In this document: in pieces, positions 31,214-37,225 of the stretch
Numbering within the stretch: position 1 is the stretch's first letter
Layout: every line of letters begins with the position of its first letter
Source: a virus
Taxonomy: Duplodnaviria > Caudoviricetes
Strand: one strand, 5' to 3'
Virus record (IMG/VR): IMGVR_UViG_3300037359_000088
Location: 1 to 37,225 of that record
Length of the DNA: 37,225 nt
The notes under the pieces: generated by a model
The model's database searches: none
Told to the model about the DNA's origin: nothing
Seen by the model: the letters and a program-made list of their open reading frames with translations, nothing else
Position numbers and translations under genes: made by a program

Positions 31214-33421
31214 TCATCGTCTCTTCCATTCGATCGGCGTACCGCCGAGAGCGTAGTCCTGCCAGTTCTCCTCAATGGCCACCGTGATCGTCGACTGTAC
31301 CCAAGTCAAGGACGGCGGCAGACTAACGCCTTCCTCATCCGAGCCGTCCAGATAAGCAAGCGTCATGTGCGGCGTGAAGCCGTGCGAGTTGTCGAACCCA
31401 AACCCGGCCGAAGCCAAAGCTTGAGCAAGGCGCGTCCTCATTTCGGTGATTCCTACCGAGTCGATCAGGGCGACCAACGCGTCCTGTCTCTCGGCGCCGT
31501 TGTGGAACCGGCCAAGTCCGGCCACCCTCATATTGAGCGGCGGCATCCCGCTGGCAAAGGCGGCCACGGCTCCCTGCAGCGTGCCTACCGCTGTAGGTGA
31601 ATCGACTTCCGTCATTGGAATGACGCCGAGCGTTATGTGCAGCGCTTGAGCGGGCTCGGTACCATGGGTGGCCATCTGTTCGGTTATGGCCGACGGCGGG
31701 TCAAAACACACCATACACATCGTATCGTGGCGACCCTGCTCTGCGGCAGTCTTCGCGTCGATCTGGCGACGGCGCTGACGCTGACCTTCATGGGCTCCAA
31801 CGTACTGATCCATCGGAAGGTTGTCTCGCGCCGCCCGCGCATTGATCTCGGCTGCGGTCTCCTGATCTTCGGCGTCCTCCTCACCCTCTATGTCAGGTGG
31901 CTTCGCTCCCTTGCCTCTGATGTCGGGCCGGTAGCGAGTGGTCTCGGACAGCGACGGGTGGGCTGCTCCAGGACCCAAGGACGGAACCGCCTGCCACTGT
32001 GGTGACGGCATCAGCTCAGGGATGGCTTCCTGGACGGCCTGAGTGATCTGCGCGAAACCAGTGACAGAACCGCCAGTGATCGACGCCTCGGTCGTGAGCA
32101 TGTAGAGCTGGTCGGCTCCGCCGGTGCCGTCGGTCGGACCGATCGCCTCCAACTCGCCAGTGGCTTCACGATATTCGTTCGGTGTCCGTGTTCCGCCTGC
32201 GACTTCCTTCAGCCAGAACGTCTTCTTAGCCACCATGTCCAACTGCAGCACCGAGACCGAGCTGAGGTCGTAGGTGTAGAAAATCTTCGGGTCCGGGTCC
32301 AGCACGTCAAGAGCGTTGCCGATCGTGGTCAGGTGATCCAGCATGGAGTCCTGCCAGAACGTCTTGCGCTCCTGATCGGCGTTGTCGAACGTGCGGCCGG
32401 ACGCGTTACCAGCGACCGACTCCGGCACACCGAAGGCCATGAGGATCTGCTCACCGGAGGTCTCACGTGCCTCGATATACGCCGCCTCACGTGGCGACTG
32501 GGCGGTGTCGACAAAGCTTGCGTCATCGCCCTCGATAATCGAAACGCGCCCGGCGCCCATGACACCCGAGCCCGACGGACCCAGGAACCGGCGGCGCAGT
32601 TCGTCCATGTCGTCGTCCAGGACGTTGCCCTTGAGAACCAGCAGACCACCCGGGCGTCCGTCGTTCTGCAGGAAGTTCCGGTTGTAGAGCCGGGCGTACC
32701 AGTCGATCTCAACGTCGATTCCAGCCGCCTCTAGTGGCGTCAGGCCGGAGTAGGGATCGGTCGGATGCGGCTCGCGAATCCAGATGACGTTTTCGGCTGG
32801 GAGGTCGAAATACGCCTTGCCTGGCATCTGTACCCGATAGGCGGACACGAACGTCTGCTCGCTCGGGACCGGCCAGGTGTAGCCAGCCGGGAGCAGGTAC
32901 AGGGCGAGCGGGTCGCCGAGATTGTTCCGCACCACCTCGACGAACGCGCCCTGCTTGTTCAGTAGGAGTTGCTGGCTGAGTCGCTTCCTGAAGACGTACG
33001 CCTGCTCGTACAGCGACGTCTGATAGTTGAACTTGTCCAGGAGCGGATGCTCCGTGATTATGTCACCGTCCCAGCGATTCCCACGCCGGAAGCAAATCGG
33101 GATGCGAGCGGCATTGTCCGAGATCGCCTTGACGGCCCGGTAGACCCAGACGCTCTTCGTGAACGCCGAGGTGACCGCTCTGTTGACGTCCCAGCTGTCG
33201 CGGTACGGCTTACCTGACTGGCCAGGTGGGACCGGGTAGGGCGGAACCCACGGATTGTACGACGGCGCCGCGACCAGGTCCTTACGACCAGTCCGGAGGC
33301 TGGCGGCGAACGGGCGGCGCGGCGAAGTGAATGACAGCCCCGGGTCTCGCCACGATCCACTCGGAGCGGCCCGCAGTTGTTGTCCGGCCGGACGATAGGG
33401 CCTCTCATTCCAGCGAGCCAT
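31214..33421 (-). CDS. HK97-type portal protein fused to a C-terminal 2H phosphoesterase
   Basis: WVYRAVKAIS, LLLNKQGAF, LYLLP, IWIREPHPTDPYSGLTPLEAA, NFLQNDGRPGG, ILMAFGVP, TPNEYRE; C-terminal LHITLG and FTPHMTLAY (two HxT motifs). Confidence 0.9.
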   Translation of the reverse strand: MARWNERPYRPAGQQLRAAPSGSWRDPGLSFTSPRRPFAASLRTGRKDLVAAPSYNPWVPPYPVPPGQSGKPYRDSWDVNRAVTSAFTKSVWVYRAVKAISDNAARIPICFRRGNRWDGDIITEHPLLDKFNYQTSLYEQAYVFRKRLSQQLLLNKQGAFVEVVRNNLGDPLALYLLPAGYTWPVPSEQTFVSAYRVQMPGKAYFDLPAENVIWIREPHPTDPYSGLTPLEAAGIDVEIDWYARLYNRNFLQNDGRPGGLLVLKGNVLDDDMDELRRRFLGPSGSGVMGAGRVSIIEGDDASFVDTAQSPREAAYIEARETSGEQILMAFGVPESVAGNASGRTFDNADQERKTFWQDSMLDHLTTIGNALDVLDPDPKIFYTYDLSSVSVLQLDMVAKKTFWLKEVAGGTRTPNEYREATGELEAIGPTDGTGGADQLYMLTTEASITGGSVTGFAQITQAVQEAIPELMPSPQWQAVPSLGPGAAHPSLSETTRYRPDIRGKGAKPPDIEGEEDAEDQETAAEINARAARDNLPMDQYVGAHEGQRQRRRQIDAKTAAEQGRHDTMCMVCFDPPSAITEQMATHGTEPAQALHITLGVIPMTEVDSPTAVGTLQGAVAAFASGMPPLNMRVAGLGRFHNGAERQDALVALIDSVGITEMRTRLAQALASAGFGFDNSHGFTPHMTLAYLDGSDEEGVSLPPSLTWVQSTITVAIEENWQDYALGGTPIEWKRR

Positions 33422-33630
33422 TAGCTAACACCAAGCACGAAAGCAACGATCAGGAAGGCTACGGCCAGCGCAGCAAACCCGATCGACATCATGAAACCAG
33501 CGAGCCCAGCACACGCACAAAACGCAACAAGCGCTGCCATCGCAGCCACATCGAGGCGGTCGATGCCAGGGCTTTCATCGTCCTCGGCGTCTGGTACTCC
33601 GCCGAGCCTGTCGGCAAGTGTCTCGGCCAT
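33421..33630 (-). CDS. Small two-helix membrane protein preceding the portal
   Basis: Acidic N-terminus then about 45 hydrophobic residues; TAATG overlap with the portal start; -10-like TATGTT 6 nt before the ATG. Confidence 0.75.
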   Translation of the reverse strand: MAETLADRLGGVPDAEDDESPGIDRLDVAAMAALVAFCACAGLAGFMMSIGFAALAVAFLIVAFVLGVS

Positions 33631-33706
33631 GGCTCAAACATAACCCAGCTAGGAGCATTATCTGGGGCTCTAGGTCAAGCTGGCTTGCTTACAAGCGGGC
33701 ACTCCG

Positions 33707-34018
33707 TCAGTTTGGAGCGCCCGGATTCCTGCTCGTGAACGTCTCGCCGAGCGAGACGCCTTGCGTGAGACCTTGCTGCGTGAGATCGGACCCGGTCGGG
33801 TCTGGTTCGACCTCAATGGGATGCAGAGAAGCCTTGAACCGGTCCGCCTGCCAGTCGCCAGCCTGGCTCAGCTGCTCTTGCCGCTTAGTGACGCACCTGA
33901 CGCACAGAAACGCTTCTGAGCGGTGGTCGTGGGCAACGACCGATAGGAACGCTCCGCAGTCGGTACACCTCTGCACCGGCTTCAGGCAACTAGCGCACCG
34001 CTGAAAGCCGATCGGCAC
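33707..34018 (-). CDS. Cys-rich (3 x CxxC) hypothetical protein
   Basis: GTG at 34018 after GGAGGT; CASC, CTDC, CVRC. Confidence 0.55.
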   Translation of the reverse strand: MPIGFQRCASCLKPVQRCTDCGAFLSVVAHDHRSEAFLCVRCVTKRQEQLSQAGDWQADRFKASLHPIEVEPDPTGSDLTQQGLTQGVSLGETFTSRNPGAPN

Positions 34019-34439
34019 CGAGCACCTCCAGTTCCAACTCGATCCGAGGCGGCCCGCCCACGCCCCGCCGGACGCGCAGGTCGTCGATCGACTGGTCATC
34101 CCAGATGATCCCGCCCTCTCTGGCCTCGCCCTTCGGCGCCATCATGGCATCCTCAACCGACTTGACCAGGTTAGACAGGTCAGCCGACGTGGAGGCGCCC
34201 ACGAATGTCACCCAGAACCGAAGCCGAGATTTGCCGAGCCATGGGAAGCCGATCCGCTTCTCCTTGTTGACTCCGTGAGGCCCGTCGTGCTCGACGATAA
34301 CCTCACCAAATCGAAAGCTCTCCCTGAGTCTCTTCTCCTCGTCCAGGGTCCGCTTCGGTGTGTACGTGTGGCCCTTCGCGAACCTCGGCCTGGCTTTCGG
34401 GATCGGCTTGCCTGGAATCGTGAGCCGATAAACGCTCAT
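33990..34439 (-). CDS. rusA: RusA-family Holliday junction resolvase
   Basis: IPGKPIPKARPRF..GHTYTP, DLSNLVKSVEDAM, WDDQSI. Confidence 0.88.
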   Translation of the reverse strand: MSVYRLTIPGKPIPKARPRFAKGHTYTPKRTLDEEKRLRESFRFGEVIVEHDGPHGVNKEKRIGFPWLGKSRLRFWVTFVGASTSADLSNLVKSVEDAMMAPKGEAREGGIIWDDQSIDDLRVRRGVGGPPRIELELEVLGADRLSAVR

Positions 34440-34674
34440 CATGATCATCATCGTCGTGGCTAGGGGCTGGCTCCGTCCACTCGGTCCGGATCACCAGATT
34501 CAGGGCACAATCGACGCCGCAGGCAATCTCAACGCGGGTGTGAAGCTTGCGATCTTCATCTGAGCACCAGGTGTGGTGAAGCGTATGCCAGCCCGCTGGC
34601 AACGGACACCACTCCTGCAGGGCGAGGATCTGGCCGCACGCGGCGCAGACCCAGTCGAAACCGTCAGTCGCCAA
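34303..34674 (-). CDS. Hypothetical Zn-binding protein
   Basis: WVCAACG...LPAGW...ACGVDC; 3' part overlaps rusA, so the end is uncertain. Confidence 0.5.
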   Translation of the reverse strand: MATDGFDWVCAACGQILALQEWCPLPAGWHTLHHTWCSDEDRKLHTRVEIACGVDCALNLVIRTEWTEPAPSHDDDDHDERLSAHDSRQADPESQAEVREGPHVHTEADPGRGEETQGELSIW

Positions 34675-34852
34675 CGGAAGCAGATTTAATGCGATCCGCT
34701 ATATCCTGAGCAGGAACGCCGTCTATCATGACCTGGTCGCCGAAGGCCAGCGAGAGCACCCGTGCCAGATGGTCCAGCAACTTGGCCTTTACCCCTTTCG
34801 AGCCATAGATCGTGACAGCGACCACGAAGTAGCACACGCGCTCCTTATCCAT
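34664..34852 (-). CDS. Hypothetical protein (62 aa)
   Basis: Tiles between neighbours with short overlaps. Confidence 0.45.
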   Translation of the reverse strand: MDKERVCYFVVAVTIYGSKGVKAKLLDHLARVLSLAFGDQVMIDGVPAQDIADRIKSASVGD

Positions 34853-35117
34853 CGCACACCGGGCCGGTACCACGAGGGTGGGACGCCTCCGAGTTGGCCT
34901 TGGTGCAAGCCGGACAGTGACAGCCCCAGTTCACATAGGTGCTGTGCTTCCCATGCGTAGGCGACGCGAGCCCGGCCAACAGCCGCAAGCGGCGTTCGAG
35001 CCGAGCGCCCACCTGATAATCAGCATTGGCGCTCCGGCACCGGTCGCAATGACAGGGGCCGTTGACATACCTCGACCTCGTACCGTGTACCGCTCTCGTC
35101 GTTTCAATCGCCATCAT
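34845..35117 (-). CDS. Small protein with two HGxxxxY..GCxCxxC zinc-finger repeats
   Basis: HGTRSRYVNGPCHCDRC and HGKHSTYVNWGCHCPAC; RBS GAAGGAG. Confidence 0.75.
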   Translation of the reverse strand: MMAIETTRAVHGTRSRYVNGPCHCDRCRSANADYQVGARLERRLRLLAGLASPTHGKHSTYVNWGCHCPACTKANSEASHPRGTGPVCDG

Positions 35118-35355
35118 TCTCCTTCTTACGGCGCCAGAACCGGCGCCCACTCCGGGTGTCGACGCGAGCGACGCTCACCCATTCTGGCGGGAAGTGGAAA
35201 AGGCCGTGCTCGCCTTTCTTGCCTCCTACCGCCTCTACCCACGCCTTGTTACCAGACATACAGAAAGCCACAAACCGATACGTCCCACGCACGCCCTTGA
35301 CCTGCAGGAGTGTGCCTGCAGCGATCCCTTCCCAGTTCGTCACCCGAATGATCAC
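35104..35355 (-). CDS. Hypothetical SH3-like beta protein
   Basis: ATGA overlap with the upstream WhiB gene; GTLLQVKGVRGTYRF...WVEAVG. Confidence 0.6.
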   Translation of the reverse strand: MIIRVTNWEGIAAGTLLQVKGVRGTYRFVAFCMSGNKAWVEAVGGKKGEHGLFHFPPEWVSVARVDTRSGRRFWRRKKENDGD

Positions 35356-35891
35356 ATGAACCTGGGCTTCGGCGCCGCGACCAGGTGGTTCCCGCGGTGG
35401 AAACCGGGAGCATAGAAGGGCTTCGTCTTCGGGAACGCCACTTCATCTTCTTTCACGTTCACCATCATAGCACGGCCACGGCCTTGGAGCTGAGCTGCCC
35501 GCTTCTGAGCCGAGGCACGCCTCTCGTTGCGACTACCGGTCACGCACGCCTCGCAGGGCTCTTCGCCTTTGGCCTTATGAGCTTTGAACCCCCGATCTGT
35601 GCCTTCACGCCCGCCAGCGTGAGGATGATCTTCCGGGCCGAGGTGAAACCGGACATCACCATATCGTCGGCGAAACTCCACTTGCCGCTCCGTCGGCGTC
35701 ATATCGCCCCGGTAGCCAAACCGCCACTTCGGCATCTCCTCTTCCATCGCCAGATCAAGGCAGATGCCTTTGACGGGACAACCACTACAGACAGCTCGCG
35801 CTCTGTCGTAGTTGACGTTCCCTGAGGAGTCCAGATAGAACACGCTGACATCAACGCCGAGGCAGTTCCTCTTCTCTAGCCAGTTCTTCAC
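35352..35891 (-). CDS. whiB: WhiB-family transcription factor with extra His/Cys finger
   Basis: WLEKRNC..VDVSVFY, ARAVCSGCPVKGIC, FGYRGDMTPTER; then GTDRGFKAHKAKGEEPCEAC; GTGA overlap start. Confidence 0.85.
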   Translation of the reverse strand: MKNWLEKRNCLGVDVSVFYLDSSGNVNYDRARAVCSGCPVKGICLDLAMEEEMPKWRFGYRGDMTPTERQVEFRRRYGDVRFHLGPEDHPHAGGREGTDRGFKAHKAKGEEPCEACVTGSRNERRASAQKRAAQLQGRGRAMMVNVKEDEVAFPKTKPFYAPGFHRGNHLVAAPKPRFM

Positions 35892-36457
35892 CGGGGCCCG
35901 GCGAGATCTAACTTCCATCTGCCGTCCGTGTGAACCAAAAAATCATTGGGGTTGATCCCGAGACTCTTCAATCCTGGTGTCTGCTTCGTCGGGTCGCCCT
36001 TACGCCACTCCGGACGGGCGATCTCGAACGCCCTGTCAGCGGCTCTTCGGGCGGCCTGTTGAGCGATCAGTTCACCACCAAAGTCGATGGCGACTTCGCG
36101 GGCAATACGCGCAGCTACCTCAGCGGGCAGCTGGTCCTTGTCCCAGGTGTCCGTGCCTAGCCGGTGGCCGGACAAAATGCCAATGCCGTTGACCTCGATC
36201 GCGTTCTTCTGGATCACCGTGGCCAGGTGTTCGTCGAACGTCTCGGTCAGAGTCTTGACAGTGCTGAGGATCTTCGTTAGGTCGTACCAGATCCGCACAA
36301 GTTCTTCGACCGTGCCAAGTTGACCGACGTCCAAGCCGACATCGCTGAGAAGGTGGTCTAGGTCATCGCTGATCAACTCGACGTCAGCGTGAACCAGGGA
36401 TGCGGTGCTGTCAGGATCTATCACGACCGCGACTCTACCACCAAGGAACGGGGCCAT
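35888..36457 (-). CDS. Hypothetical phage protein (start uncertain)
   Basis: Helical ORF whose stop is coupled to the whiB start; follows a promoter and hairpin leader. Confidence 0.65.
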   Translation of the reverse strand: MAPFLGGRVAVVIDPDSTASLVHADVELISDDLDHLLSDVGLDVGQLGTVEELVRIWYDLTKILSTVKTLTETFDEHLATVIQKNAIEVNGIGILSGHRLGTDTWDKDQLPAEVAARIAREVAIDFGGELIAQQAARRAADRAFEIARPEWRKGDPTKQTPGLKSLGINPNDFLVHTDGRWKLDLAGPR

Positions 36458-36472
36458 GCCGGACGCGCAAAT

Positions 36473-36528
36473 AGCGCAGGCCCGGACGCCTCTGAGTCAT
36501 ATTTGGGAACCTCAGCCGGACCTGCGCT
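36473..36528 (-). promoter_or_regulatory. Long hairpin in the 5' leader (attenuator/terminator-like)
   Basis: AGCGCAGGTCCGG / CCGGGCCTGCGCT plus CTGAG/CTCAG, followed by ATTT. Confidence 0.5.
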
Positions 36529-36552
36529 CGTGTTGCTTTTGCGCCTACCTTC

Positions 36553-36561
36553 ATTATAACA
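36553..36561 (-). promoter_or_regulatory. Extended -10 promoter TGTTATAAT
   Basis: Consensus TGnTATAAT just after the upstream whiB stop. Confidence 0.7.
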
Positions 36562-36566
36562 CAGAT

Positions 36567-36977
36567 CTACTTGAGCCGTCGACCTTTTGCTGCGCGACTT
36601 CCGCACGGTAAACTACAGTAAGGCCAATCTCCCGAAACCACCACCGTGTCGTGCCCACAACCGGCACAGGTGAGCGCAACTCCATAGGCACCGGGTTGCG
36701 AATATCGCAACTGTGCGATCCGGTCCCTCTGGTTGTCAGTGGCGCCTCCCCAGACGCCGAAGTGATCGCCCTCGTTAATGGCATAATCGAGACACTCGCG
36801 CCGAACAGGGCAGGCAGCACAGATGGCCTTCGCCTTCGCCGTGTCGTGCGGCTGATCATCAACTCCGTAGAAAATGAGCGTGGCATCTTTGGTTCCTCTG
36901 CAGGCACCGTGCTCGATCCACGAGCCAGCCGGAGCTACTGCGCGGATGCCGAGCTGGTCGACTCTCCCGATATGCAC
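36567..36977 (-). CDS. whiB: WhiB-family transcription factor with C-terminal Zn ribbon
   Basis: WIEHGACRG..IFY, AKAICAACPVRREC, FGVWGGAT..QR; CAGC...YCSLPC. Confidence 0.92.
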   Translation of the reverse strand: MHIGRVDQLGIRAVAPAGSWIEHGACRGTKDATLIFYGVDDQPHDTAKAKAICAACPVRRECLDYAINEGDHFGVWGGATDNQRDRIAQLRYSQPGAYGVALTCAGCGHDTVVVSGDWPYCSLPCGSRAAKGRRLK

Positions 36978-37136
36978 TCACAGAGTCTGCGTGCGAGGAA
37001 CTGCGCCTTCAAGAGGCATAAGGACAAGCGTACGGGATGAGCGTGGTCAAATCCTCCTCAGGACACTTCCTCAGCTCAAGTCCGGAGTAGCCATGGCTAC
37101 ATGTTAGCAGAATCAGCGCCCGAGACGAACTCCGCC

Positions 37137-37223
37137 TCACACGGCGATGCGAACTGGGACGGTGTCGCCGCCGCAGTTCGGGCACTTCTCCGCCAGCCGG
37201 GGAGAGTAGTGGACCTCGATCGG
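37137..37223 (-). CDS. 3' end of a truncated Zn-ribbon ORF
   Basis: ...PIEVHYSPRLAEKCPNCGGDTVPVRIAV*; runs off the window edge. Confidence 0.4.
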   Translation of the reverse strand, partial: PIEVHYSPRLAEKCPNCGGDTVPVRIAV

Positions 37224-37225
37224 CA

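Noticed and set aside
13635-33217. Many plus-strand and alternate-frame ORFs (up to 519 aa) over the giant gene and portal
   Set aside because: Shadow ORFs typical of high-GC coding DNA; no recognisable motifs, and the minus-strand frame carries all the domain signal.
1-37225. Integrase, att site, IS element or host genes
   Set aside because: None recognised, so prophage versus free phage cannot be decided from this window.

Overview
GC-rich segment of a tailed phage or prophage, probably infecting an actinobacterium (two WhiB genes, RusA, leaderless promoters). The minus strand carries regulatory/recombination genes, a small membrane protein, an HK97-type portal fused to a 2H phosphoesterase, a 5913-aa MuF (head morphogenesis) protein, seven small mostly coupled ORFs with their own promoter, an extended prohead protease, the HK97-fold major capsid protein, a virion protein and a glycosyltransferase-like gene. 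A 5'-truncated beta-propeller/SD-repeat fibre-like gene lies on the plus strand. The main result is the MuF protein. It carries about 22 recognisable effector domains (8 R-S-ExE ADP-ribosyltransferases, 4 His-type ART-like domains, 1 DUF3626-like domain, 5 HipA/PI3K-like kinases, 3 HExxH zincins, 1 HNH), mostly separated by a conserved GAAKLA linker that may be a protease cleavage site and/or recombination joint. Also seen: a candidate late-promoter motif, a promoter-driven structured ncRNA candidate and a duplicated intergenic element. All calls come from reading motifs by eye; no searches were run, and domain boundaries are approximate.
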